DNA of 64,000 nt. Source: Octopus vulgaris. Taxonomy: Eukaryota. Below, one piece after another: positions 40,151 to 52,910 of this stretch (positions are counted from its first letter, which is position 1; each line of letters begins with the position of its first letter). The translations under genes were made by a program, and so were the position numbers. The stretch spans positions 49,414,001 to 49,478,000 of the forward strand of contig OX597816.1 of assembly GCA_951406725.2 (NCBI GenBank). The letters are read 5' to 3'. The notes beneath the pieces are model-generated. The model was not told where the DNA came from and did no database searches. It was given only the letters and a program-made list of their open reading frames with translations.

Positions 40151-41246
40151 TAGCATTGAATTTTTCCTATGTCTCTTTTTAGATATGTCCTGTTTCAAAT
40201 ACGTCTAGATGAATTTCATTGATCTATGAGTAAGGTAGTGACAACTCGTAAAATACTCAGCTGACTGAATGTGTTTCATGCGAAGAAAAAAAAGAGAATA
40301 TTTCCTCAAGTTTTTGGTGGCAAGATATTTTGCTTGCAAAATGCAATGTTTTCTTTGAAATTAAGAACTTAATGTTGTCAGTGACCCATTTCATAATTCC
40401 ATAGCCCTATTAATTTATATATAAAGTCAATTCTGAAATCCTTTGTGTACAATTTATTCAACGAGGACGCATACGCGTACTATAGTAAAATATTGGAGAT
40501 AGTATGCAGAGATAAGCTCCCGTTTGTTGCAAGGAAGGAGAAATGACAGATATATTAAGAAGCTTAAATGAGTTAATGTTACATTCTAAAACGCCTAATG
40601 GTCATTAGTGGGAAGACTCAAAATCGAGTCGTAAATTCTAACATTGTAATTTAAGAATCTGTATTGATAGGCGCATTTGCAATATCTGATAATGTGTTTC
40701 ACTCACCCGTGTTTCACTACAATCAGTGAAGCGCTGTGTCCATGGCCGATACACTACTCACTGAAAAAGAGTAGTACACCCGAAAAGTTACAGTAGGTTG
40801 TTATAAGCAGCAGACAACAGTGCAGTTTTAATAAATGTTTACTATGCTCGGAGGCAGTAGATTTGACTTATGCGAATTATACTTCAGAATTTTTCCTTGT
40901 GATTAGCGTCACTACTTTCGCTTCGATTCCTTTATATTTATAATTACTCCCATAGATGTTAAATACTGTTTGCGATGTTATCATTATTATTGGCATATTG
41001 TGAATGCAAGAGAGATAGTATGAATAATTCAGTGCGCTAGTAATTGCCTCAAAAAGCTTGCAGAACAGAAAGAATATTCTTTTACTCTTCTACTTGTTTC
41101 AGTCATTTGACTGCAGCCATGTGGGAGCACCGCTTTAAAGGGTTTTATATAGAATGTAGCAGATTCAAGGTTTGTGTTTAGACATATATATGTATGTATA
41201 TATATATATATACAAAAAGTCCCTAATTATAAGCATAATTGCAACT

Positions 41247-41351
41247 AGGGTTCAGCAAAATTTGCTTCACCACATACCGAAATTTAGAAGTAGCAGTTTT
41301 ACTGCTACTTCTAAATTTCGGTATGTGGTGAAGCAAATTTTGCTGAGCCCT
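41247..41351. repeat. 51-bp-stem hairpin with 3-nt loop
   Basis: 41247-41297 pairs with 41301-41351, one G-T. Confidence 0.95.
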
Positions 41352-41507
41352 TATTATAATTATGGAATTTTTGCATAAGGATACAGATAATGGATATTTT
41401 AACATACCGACCTACTTGGAAGATTATTAATTATTATTTGACTTTATTATTATTTATATATATATATATATATATTTAAACAAGGAGATGTGGAATACGA
41501 TATATAA

Positions 41508-41749
41508 AAAAGGAAATGAAGAAAATGCTGACAAAATAATTTAAGTAATTTAAGTAATTTAATTAGGTGAAGGTTCTTTTTACCGGTTGCGCATTTGTTA
41601 TGCTTTTTCCAGATAAGAGGAAGAAATCTATCAGAAAGGAACTCTAATCTTTTGATAAGCATAACAAATGCGCAACCGGTAAAAAGAACTTTCACCTAAT
41701 TAAATTACTTAAATTACTTAAATTATTTTGTCAGCATTTTCTTCATTTC

Positions 41750-41754
<5 letters not shown>
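41508..41754. repeat. ~98-bp inverted repeat with 51-bp spacer, Penelope-like
   Basis: Arms 41508-41605 and 41657-41754; hammerhead relic 41648-41687; short third copy 41795-41813. Confidence 0.9.
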
Positions 41755-41799
<45 letters not shown>

Positions 41800-41808
41800 G
41801 AAATGAAG

Positions 41809-41843
<35 letters not shown>

Positions 41844-42135
41844 GACAGGCTTCTTTTAGTTTCCGTCTACCAAATCCATTTACAAGGCTTTGGTCGTCCC
41901 GAGGCTATAGTAGAAGACACTTGCCCAAGGTGTCACACAGTGGGACTGAAACCTGAAGCCGGAGCAATGTGGTTGGGAAGCAAGCTTTACACCGCACTGC
42001 TACGCCACAATATGGGAAAGAGTTTAACCAAGATTATTTCTTGTATAATGACATTTTGTAAATTGGCACGAAAAATTAACAATTGCATTCGGTTTAATAC
42101 TCCAGGGAAGGCAGACATTTTTTTAGAAAATATTC

Positions 42136-42553
42136 AGGAGTGGCTGTGTGGTAAGTAGCTTGTTTACCAACCACATGGTTCCGGGTTCAGTCCCACTGCG
42201 CAGCACCTTGGGCAAGTGTCTTCTACTATAGCCCCGGGCCGACCAAAGCCTTGTGAGTGGATTTGGTAGACGGAAACTGAAAGAAGCCCCTCGTATATAT
42301 GTATATATATATATATGCATGTGTGTGTTTGTGTGTCTGTGTTTGTCCCGCTAGCATTACTTGACAACCGATGCTGGTGTGTTTATGTCCCCGTTACTTA
42401 GCGGTTCGGCAAAAGAGACCGATAGAATAAGTACTAGGCTTACAAAAGAATAAGTCCCGGGGTCGAGTTTCTCGATTAAAGGAGGTGCTCCAGCATGGCC
42501 GCAGTCAAATGACTGAAACAAGTAAAAGAGTAAAAGAATAAAAAAAGAGTAAG
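42136..42553 (+). mobile_element. SINE family 1, near full length
   Basis: Head, body and tail intact. Confidence 0.93.
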
Positions 42554-43476
42554 AGTTCAGCTGTTCATCGTGTAAATTTTTTTGTATATCTTCATATGTA
42601 GATTAAGAAATAAAAAACTAATAAAAGCAGCGCTATTTTTTTAAATGCATGAGGTACGTATGTCTTATATTACTTTATCCACACTAGCTAAATATAAATA
42701 AATAAGACAACAAAGATTATACTGAATATATAAGATGGGTGAATGAATTTATGAACATAAAGCGACCAATAAGCAAAATGAATAATAAAATAAAATACCA
42801 TTTCCTTGAATATTTCTTTGTGCTATAAAAATATCATTAGTCATTGTTCAGTTAGAAGTGTAAAGCAATATATAATCGATTAACATCCATGCTAATTCTC
42901 ATAAGAAAGTACACAACAATAGAAGAACAATGGAAAAGTAATAACAAATATAAAAATTAATGTTTCTTATGAAAAAAAGAAAATTAAGAATAATTCGAAG
43001 TGAGTAATTGGAAAACAACCTCAAGTGGATAGAGATTTTGAAATTGAAACATATTGAAGCATTGATTACTATGAAAATAAATGTGAATAATATTAATCAA
43101 TCTATAAAGATGATTGAAACAACGAACAACAAACATTAAAATTGATATACATAATTTAATATAGTTCAGATTGTAAATGAACTACAGTACAAGAAATATT
43201 TATATGAACAAGAAGGAGAGAAAACGAAAAAAGTTCTGAAGACAAGTAAAGTAGAACAGTGAAAAACTGTAGGTCAAGATGAAACGACAAATTATCTCAA
43301 GATTAAGAATTACAATTAAAATGAAATGTTATTTTCAACAACATGATGGGCGGTTAAACAAAGCCATAGAATGTAAGTGTAAATGCATATGTATATACAT
43401 TGATAAGACCGCGTGTAGTTAACAAAAATACGCACACTATTCCATATCTCACTATTCTGACCGATGTGTATATATA

Positions 43477-43552
<76 letters not shown>

Positions 43553-43893
43553 AATATATATATATATATATATATATAAATAATTGACGATAAAACTCAG
43601 GAGATATGGGACGTGAATATTTATTTAATCACCTGAAATCCTTATGATGACTGTCAGTTCACAATCTTCTTCGTGTAGTGTTAAGTTGAATATGGAGGAA
43701 ATTATGATGGCATGTTTGTATAAATATGCATACTCAGAATTATTCAATGTAACTGTATATTCACAATTCATTGCATATATATTTTCTCTAATTTTGTCCT
43801 TTAACAGACTATACCACTTTTGGTTACAGATGCCATATTAAAATCATCGGAACAGAAATCGTCATTTGCTGTTAAATGCAGTATCATATACTA

Positions 43894-45171
43894 TCAGGTT
43901 ATCCCATAAGTTCCGTTCGAATTTTGAATGAAGAAAACAAGTGATCAACTGTTACCTTCAATTGAAATTTAATAATCAATGTACTTTCCCTGATTATCTA
44001 TGACTTCCTTCCATCTATTTACAAGCTTCTTAATCACATCAATGTAAATCACTTTTGGATTTAAAGCGAAGAACTCTGAAATGTTAGTTTCGACCTTGCG
44101 AAAGGTATGTCCCCCAAATTATTCTGTAAACTAAGAAACAAATGGTAGTCTGAAGGAGCAAGGTCAGGAGTATAAGTCGGATGAGGAATTTTTTACCAGC
44201 GATGTTCTTCGATCTTCTGTGATGAGATCTCTGCAGTGTGGTGTCACGCATTGTCCTGATGAAACATCACCCCTTTTCGAGTCTGTAAAGCGGGTCTTCT
44301 TTTTCTTCAAATCTTGGTTCAAACGCTTTAATTGCTGACAGTAGACTTGAGCATTGATCGTTGCATTAGGTGATAACCATCCAAAGTGAATTACGCCTTT
44401 GCAATCCCATCAGATATAGAGAAGAACCTTTTTTCCATGAAGTTCCGTTCTTGGATGTGGTTGAGCTTTTTCCCTTTTACCAAGGCACTGTTTACGACGT
44501 TTAACGTTTCGATAAAAGATCCATTTTTCGTCACCAGTCACAAGTCTATCCAAAAAGAGTGAAATGAGTTCACGAGAATGGAGAGAAGAGCAAATGTCAA
44601 TTCAGGATTTGGGGTTGCTTTCGGGCAATTCATGAGACACACATATTCTAAGATTAGGAACCTTTCCAAGGTGTTGAAAATGACAATGAACAGTTATATG
44701 GTTTGAACTAAGCTTTATTGCCAATTCTTCAACTAATAATACAGGATTTTCTTCAAGTATTGCATCAAGGAGATTATCATCAAACTCAACTAGAAGTCCT
44801 GTTCGATCTTCATCTTCAAAGTTGAAATCTCCAATTCTAGATTTTGCAAACCATTTTCTGCAATTCTTTCATTCAAGCATTCTTTCACATAAATTGAGTG
44901 TATGTTTCGCGTCGCTTCGGCAGCAGAGTTTCCTTTTTTTGTAATCATAAAGCATTATGTGCCTTAATTGCTCTTTGGATACTTCCATGTTAGAAATTGT
45001 TTTAATCAAAGAAATTTTAAATTTATTATTCTGTAAAATAATATTTAATTAGTTTAAATATACACAAATACAGAAAAAGGATTTTTAATTCCATTAGACA
45101 TTCTAAAATACGATTAAATTTCATTCAATTTTAAAAAAATAAAATCGGACACAACTTATGGGATGACCTGA
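43894..45171 (-). mobile_element. Full-length mariner transposon (1278 bp), decayed
   Basis: TIRs TCAGGT(T/C)ATCCCATAAGTT..CGA with TA duplications at 43892-43893 and 45172-45173. Confidence 0.93.
43969..44988 (-). pseudogene. mariner D,D34D-type transposase pseudogene
   Basis: MEVSKEQLRHIMLY.., DRLVTGDEKWIFY, FHQDNA*HH, HPTYTPDLAPSDYHLF; stops and frameshifts. Confidence 0.9.
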
Positions 45172-45289
45172 TATCTATGTCACAAAGTTTAGCTTCGATT
45201 AGCTTCATTTCTTGTTATTTTAGGTCATAATACTCTCTCTTTTTTTGCCAGAAAATCTAATTAATAGCCCTGGCTATTCAAATAACACC

Positions 45290-45955
45290 TGGAAAAAGAC
45301 AAATTTAAAATCATATTTCAGAGCGAAAAAATTCCCAATAGAAAATGGACACTAGATTGAATATTTCTGTTAATGGCGTCTCTTCTGATTTAAAGTGATT
45401 CAATGAAACATTTATAATCATGATAGAAAATGATGAGGACCAATAAATGTGAAGACCAATAAATCAAATTCACAAGTCTTAGAAACAGATGCTTAATAGC
45501 ATTACAAATCACAGTAAATCTTAAACAAGCAGCTGAGTCATATGTATCTATTACAAGAGTAAGACATCGACTTTATGAAGCAGGATCAAGAGGTTGCTGT
45601 GCCGATAGAAAACCATTATAAAGCCTGTAAACAAAATTATAAAGAAAAAAACAGCATGGGACAAAACTGGGAGAATTTCTATCTTAGAAGTTTGAAACAT
45701 GGTTTTTGAATGAGTGAATCAAAATTTGAAATGCTTCACTCACGAAAAGGAGACACGGAGATCTGGAGAAGGAATGGAACCATCAGTGCATAGTCCCAAC
45801 TGTTAAACATGAAGCAGCTTCGTTGGATATGTTTGAATATGTGGATGATAAGGTGGAGGATTTTTGTAATGTTGCCGGTATAAAGAAGTAAAACAGATAC
45901 CATTACATTTTACAATGACATGAATTACCGAGTGGATTATGCTTGTTCGGTGTAT
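45290..45955 (+). mobile_element. Tc1-like transposase remnant
   Basis: VRHRLYEAGSRGCCADRKPL, SESKFE, CIVPTVKH. Confidence 0.7.
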
Positions 45956-48249
45956 AGTATATTCTAATTTGTCATATATGGGGTAAGGATCAGAGGAAGA
46001 TAGGTATGCATTCTCTGACGGCGAGAGTAGTGAATAATGAAATTCCTTGATCGAATGAATAATAGTTATAAGTAATATCCGTTAGCAATTTCAACGTTCG
46101 ATGCCACGAATCTCGTCTTCATACAGAAGACTAATAATGCTATAGCATTTTGTGAAATTAAGAAATTAAGAAATGTCGTAGCTGTTACATATATTAAAAT
46201 ATTAATACATTAATTTTTTTTCACTAGTTTCAGCTCAGAGCTGCGGCCATGCTGGTGCACCGCCGTTTATATATGTATATATATATATATACTGTCTCTA
46301 TAATAGTTTTGTGGATTAATACAAGCAAATAAATAACTGAATGAAATATATCTACGCATGACTATATACAAAACACGAATGTTTTGTGTATGCTTACATT
46401 GTTATGCTGAAGGGCTGAAATTGAAGTAACACACTTCAGTCATAATAGCATTAAACATTTGTACTTTGTTCACATTTCATAGTGTCTCCCTCACCACTTT
46501 AAATTTATCTAAGTTTAAATATCTTTTCCTTTTACTGAAGCATTTTGTTGCTATCAAATAATTTTCTTTTCAAGTCAGTATGCCAGTCATATTTTCTCTC
46601 TGCTATGAAGGTCAATGATTCTTTCCTTCATTATTCTCTACTTCTAACGTTGGCAAAGTTTGACCAAAATCTATTTGGAAACATACTACATTTCGTTATT
46701 TTTACCTGCTTTCGAATATAGGCCAACAAACCGACTAAAGAAATCAGATGATAAACGCGTCTGATATACTTTATTTATTCTACTTTCTATGAAGCATGAT
46801 ATTTCCGCCTGAAAACTTCCAGAATAGTTTCACCTCTTTGGACATAAAACCAGTTAAAAACAATATCACAAATTTGTATTATATGATATTTGTTTTATGC
46901 TATGCGATATTAAAACTCAAAAATGTTTCATAAATGTTTTTTTCTTTCGCTTTGCATCAAACCTACCATTCTAAATTTATCTCCGTAAAGATTTAAGCCA
47001 ATAACTACATTTTGTTGCTAAAGGCTACATTGGCAAATATCCTGTTATCGTTTCTTTTCATTCGTTTATGAGAGTGTAATAAACAATAACTTGAATTCGT
47101 TTACGTTCTTCCTCCTTAGAATCTGCTATATATTTTAAAATTCCTTCCTAACTAATAAAAACCACACAAAGTAATATATGTGGGGAAGCAACATTTATTC
47201 CACAAAACATCATTTTTAATATAAAATATATGAGAAATTCCGTTTTTCTTTTTTTAAGTACTGTCTTCGTCAGAAAATCTACAATATTTTAGATGAATTT
47301 TCTGATTCAAAGTCAGCAATCAGTGGCTGTTTAGTAAAAAATTGCATACGTCTTCCAGAATGTACAGACGCACCATAATTTATTTAATCAACACTTTTAT
47401 TTTTGCAGTCAAAATGAGATTTTCTCCCCTGATTTAATTATACATGTAGTTTACCTGTTTTTATCGTACTTATTTTGTATTATTCTACTAAACTAACTCA
47501 TGCGTATCATAAAGATCTGATGATTGTCGAAACACTGGTCTTAGATAATACCAGCATATAAAAAAATAAAAATAATATCTAAAACTGTACGCCTCTTATT
47601 TATAAGAATTGATTCTATATCAACATATATTTCTCTATTTTTTGTCATATCCCCAAAATATAAAACTCCACTCTTCTTATGCACACGAAGTTACTAAGTC
47701 TTTCACTCATTTACAAATCTAAAATATACGATTAAAAAAAAACATTATTGCGTATCTTGTAGTATTTGAATATTAGCACTGTCAGCGATAGACTACACTC
47801 CATGCAAGCTTGCTTGCTTGGCTACAACCTATCGTTGCAGACACAGACTTTTCGGGCTATTAAGTGGCAGCCTTTGAGTCATACCGATCTGCTGGACCCA
47901 TATCTGTTTCTCTTTATGAGCTGATTCAATTGATGCGTGGCCACAACCCCAACTCATACCGTTTGTAGTTCTTCGATTAAAAAGATCGAATTAAACGCCA
48001 GCTCTTGTTTGAAGCATCAAGTTCAACGTGGATTCTGAATGCGCTTTTATTGCACTTGATGGCTAAATCTTTCTCGCCAGAAAGTACACGCAGCATGCAT
48101 GAAGTAGAATGCATTATGTAACTGTAGATTATACAGAGTTAAATATTCATCACTCTATGTCTTAACTAACAAGTAATATATATATTTACACACACACAGA
48201 CACATACATACATACATACATAGCAGTTTAGCTAGGTGTATATATATAT

Positions 48250-48594
48250 ATCACCGTGACCGACCAGGCTATCAGATGTTGCTACACATCGCTGGTCACA
48301 ATGCGCTTCGCATTGTTTTAGCCTTCAAATGACGCTAAACGAGCAGACCAACAGAAGAAAGAGTAAGAGAAAGTTGCGGCGAAAGATTACAGCAGGGATC
48401 ACCACCACCTCCTGCCGGAGCCTCGTGGAGCTAAAGAGTAAGAGAAAGTTGCGGCGAAAGATTACAGCAGGGATCACCACCACCTCCTGCCGGAGCCTCG
48501 TGGAGCTTTAGGTGTTTTCGCTCAAAAAACAGTCACAACGCCCGGTCTGGGAATCGAAACCGCGAGTTCGCTGCCCTAACCACTGCGCCTCCAC
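48250..48594 (-). mobile_element. SINE family 2, tail type 2, with internal 75-bp tandem duplication
   Basis: Head and body shared with 35974-36340; duplicated unit 48358-48432 and 48433-48507. Confidence 0.85.
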
Positions 48595-48675
48595 ACACAT
48601 ATATATAGACATACATACATATATATATATACACATATATATATGTATATATATATATATCCATATATATATACA

Positions 48676-48724
<49 letters not shown>

Positions 48725-50233
48725 ATATATATATATATATATATATACATATATACACGTGTGCGCTGCGCGTGTTTGAGAGTGTTTGCGTGTATGTGTG
48801 CAAAAACACACATGAGATTGCTAGAGCTTTCGAACCTTTTGAATTATGCCAGCTTGCAAACTATCGGACAGGTCATCCACAGTATGAAGGTATGTACTAT
48901 ACAATAAATACACTTGCAGAACATGCAATGAAGTGTCATAGTCCTGTAGCAACTCACCCACTCTCTTTCGGTGAAAACCTATGTTACTGACAGAGAAACT
49001 ATTAAATGCCAGTTAGCTATAAATGCTTTAACGTTTTTTCAATATCATTCTGTTTTGACTGCGTGTATTATTTCTTCTTTAGACAAAAACATTTCGATTC
49101 AGACAAACAACCTCGTTATGAGAAAGATAAAATAAGAATAAATATTCAAAATAATGCCAGGATGAAAGAAATATGTATCTAAACTAAATGAAGAACGGTT
49201 TCGGAAGATATATTTGTAAATATATGCAGCTAATCCGCATTTTTAAAAAAATTAATATGAGTACAATTGCTCAATTTTTCTTGGTGTTTTCAAGTGTGAT
49301 CTCTTACATGGATAACCCAATAATAAGATTTTTCGAATCATGTTAAAAATATTCAAAAGTAGGTGAAATTTCAAAACATTCTTACTGAAAGTTTAAGTTG
49401 AAGAGAAGTAGAAAAATACCATTTTAGAAATTGGAAAAAGAAAAGAAAAACAATCAGTTATGCAGTAAGCAACTTTTGAATACAATCAAGTATAACTTCA
49501 TTATTAAGTATTGAAAGATTTGATTAGAGAATGCGCATGGATATCTATCTAGACTGTGTCGAGGACAATCGAGGAAGGATATTCGAGTGTGATAGAGATC
49601 AGGGAAAGGATGTAGGAATTCTAATATTTTTAATAAAATTATTTACGAGCTATTGTAAAACATACATACAGACACAAATCCAAACGTAAGGACACACAAA
49701 CATACACACAGACATGTGCGTGCGCACACACTTGCAGCTATTTGTGAATATAAAGTAGAGTCGTCATTTGATTTTCATGTAAAACATTTCACGTGTAAAT
49801 CAGCTTATTTTGGTATAAATCTGGCAAGCTAATGATTTCTAAACTGTTCATATTTGCTTCGACTGCTTGTGTTTGTTGCACCAACTGGTTTAACCCTTGG
49901 AACTTCCGAATGAATTTATAATCTTTTACGCATATATATTTGTTAATAGTCACAGCAATTTGTAAACGAACTTTCGATTCTCCAGTCAGCTCTATTATGG
50001 GCTGCCTCTCGTTCTCTCTAATATCTCATGCCTTCTAAAATTTCTGCTGGAAATGAAACTGCTTAAATACCATGAAATAAATGAATTAAGTATAAATTAA
50101 AATAGCTTGAATTGCATATCAGCTATAGTTCACAAGTGACTCGGTTTGCCATTAAATTATTTTTTACCCTTTATCGGAAGCATGATATATCTATTACTAG
50201 TGAAAACATTTAAATCCTTGTTATTTACGTATT

Positions 50234-50534
50234 GTTTGTTCCTTCTCAAGCCATGCTTGGTTCATAAGAGCCGGTTTCCCGGTTTCCTTGGCGTATAGGT
50301 TCCCCATCAGGCCGGGACGCCGGTCCATCGCAGGTGAGCTGCAAGATGCAGGAGGAAAGAGTGAGAGAAAGTTGTGGCGAAAGAGGCAGCAGAAATTCGC
50401 CATTACCCTCTGCCGTAACCGCGTGGAGCTTAGGAGTTTCGCTCATAAACTACACATCGCTCGGTCTGATATTCGAACCCGCGATCCCTCGATTGCGAGT
50501 TCGCTGCTCTAACTACTAGTCCAGGTGCCTCCAC
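50234..50534 (-). mobile_element. SINE family 2, tail type 3
   Basis: Shared head and body; 16-bp TSD TTGTTAT(T/A)TACGTATT at 50218-50233 and 50535-50550. Confidence 0.88.
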
Positions 50535-51489
50535 TTGTTATATACGTATTAGCCAGATAAAAATAACGCCATCAGTAATGTAAAACACTTTCAGACAACG
50601 CTTGATATCCTAGATTTATGTCATGGAAATCTTAATGTCAGGGACTTGATGCGAGCATCAAACTATATTATTAAAGAAATTCATTTTAAAATTTCTAATT
50701 TTTCTTAAATTTGTAAATCGGATTGTTAGTAGTGTTCACCACTTAGTTTCTAACTATTCAATATTTACAACAAATGCAATAAGATAAATTTCGACTGTGA
50801 GCACACATGAAATCATCGACTGAATTCGAAACAAGAATCTCTAGAGCTAAAACAAAGAAGTAATTGACCAATAATATGTTCCAGGATTGGTGAACTCAAA
50901 TATATGTCAAGATACATGTTATTGCTTTTAATCCCTGGTAGTTCCTATTTTCTTAGATTGTGTTTGGTTGTATATTCATCGGAAGCATTCGTCATATTTC
51001 AAAACGCTATTACATCCTGGACCACGCCTCGCATTTCTTCAATCAATTTCATTTGTCCACGTGTGGCGTGATTTATTTGACTATATTCTTAAAATTGAAT
51101 CAAGATGTTTTCTCCGGTAAAATTTACCATTAAAGGTTCCTAATCTTTCGTATTTTCATAATTTATTAGTTTTAAAAATAGCAAAGCAACCTTATCAGTA
51201 TCGAGTGATAATAGTAATTGCATGTTTTTCGCGCGCACTCCAATAGTGTCAAATATGCCCTATTTAAAACTATTTTAGTGACTGAATATTTAAATCGTCC
51301 TCCGTGAAGAGATTTGATGAAATAACAGATATTTACTACAGATATTTCCTATCTATTGAAAATGATTACTCAATATGCTGTTAGTGATTTACAACACACA
51401 GACTTTACACCCAGGTCAAATAAGGAAACGCAATATATTTAAACTTTCAGGTCCCTATAACTACCATGAAACTCATATGAATGGCAAGA

Positions 51490-51612
51490 TATATGTGCAC
51501 ACTCACTGCTGGTACAAATGCATTATTTTCAGTCATCTTTTAGTCTTGTTATATGTGCACACTCACTGCTGGTACAAATGCATTATTTTCAGTCATCTTT
51601 TATTTTTGTTAT
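51490..51612. repeat. 60-bp tandem duplication
   Basis: TATATGTGCACACTCACTGCTGGTACAAATGCATTATTTTCAGTCATCTTTTA twice. Confidence 0.92.
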
Positions 51613-52794
51613 ATATTAGCTGTTTGTCTTGATAGTATTTCTGTTATTGTTATTGTTTTTCGAATTATTAGCCCAAGTATCTGCAGTAAGATACCGTATA
51701 TAGTTTTGTTTTCTGTATTACGTGCGTGTGCTGCTATTAATGCTAATAATTTTACTGCTGATTTGGAAATTGTTTTAATTACACGGGATGTTATCATGTG
51801 CTTGTTCCTATTCAAAGAAAACCCAGGTGACCACTATTTTTGAAATTATCTATCACCTTCACCACCTTTCGAAACAAATTCCTGCTATGAAGGCAGAAAG
51901 AAATTTGTAAAATCTCTTTTTTGATATAATGTGATATGAAAAAGCAATAACAAATATAATTCATATTAGTAAAAATAAGACAACTTAAATTAACTGAATT
52001 AACAAGTTTGTTTTGGCAAAAAGATAATCATTAATGAATTTAGCATGCACAAGAGAAATATAACGCACATGTGGCAGGTGTCTTTCGGACGCACAAAATC
52101 ATTATTAAAATAGTTACAATACGAATATATGTTAGACGAACGGAGAAACTAATACAAATGATAGAAAGCGAGCAAACGTATGAACATCTCCTGTCTATTT
52201 TTGGATATGCCATCTAATAGAACATGTTGAGGGTACCAAAAGCTGTGAATAGCATAGAGTCATATAATCTATGTTAAATAAGCTAGTTATAAAATACGTA
52301 TAATAACAAATACTACTACAAAATTTCAAGCTAAGATGTTGGTAATAGTAAATCTTACATGCCAGTACATAGACACATACAGAAAAGTATGAGTGGCTAA
52401 AACACAGTCACTACTGGCTAGGATGCTCGAGTCACAAAGCAAGAACTGAACAGTTATTGATCATATCACAACACTGAAGATTACACATCAGAAACTATTA
52501 AAAGCATATAATGAAGTAGATTACAAAACGGAACTGCAGAATATATGAATATAAGGAAGGATATGAAGACAAAAAAAAAATCAATTTTAAATTTTCTGCC
52601 TCCTCAGCGAAACTAAAATAGACTACATAATCTTACAGGGCAGACTTTTAGGTTTCGTACACTGGAACTATGATAAAATTATCGAGTAACTTTAGTCTTT
52701 CTGATATTCTTTTACTAATTTCAGTGTACTAACTAGGACATTGTTACATCTCAGAATTTAGTTGATCATACTGCTTTCATTATGTATTTTATCG

Positions 52795-52910
52795 AAGGCG
52801 GCGAGATGGCAGAATCGTTAGCACGCCGAATGAAATACTTAGCGATATTTTGCCCCTCGCTACTTTCTCCGTTCAAACGCTACCGAGGTCGAGTTTGCCT
52901 TTCATCCGAA
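52795..52910 (+). mobile_element. SINE family 3, 5' half abutting an L1/Tx1 fragment
   Basis: AAGGCGGCGAGATGGCAGAATCGTTAGCACGCCG..GAGTTTGCCTTTCATCC. Confidence 0.82.

Larger units (their letters stand above)
41074..42005 (-). mobile_element. SINE family 1 split by inserts (tail 41074-41143, head 41840-42005)
   Basis: Both halves on the minus strand in the correct order around (TA)n tracts. Confidence 0.7.

Noticed and set aside
50800-51200. Possible hAT transposase remnant (VQDV..NMT)
   Set aside because: Single weak motif
51490-51612. CRISPR-like or regularly spaced repeat arrays
   Set aside because: Simple tandem duplication without spacers; eukaryotic context and no such array anywhere in the window
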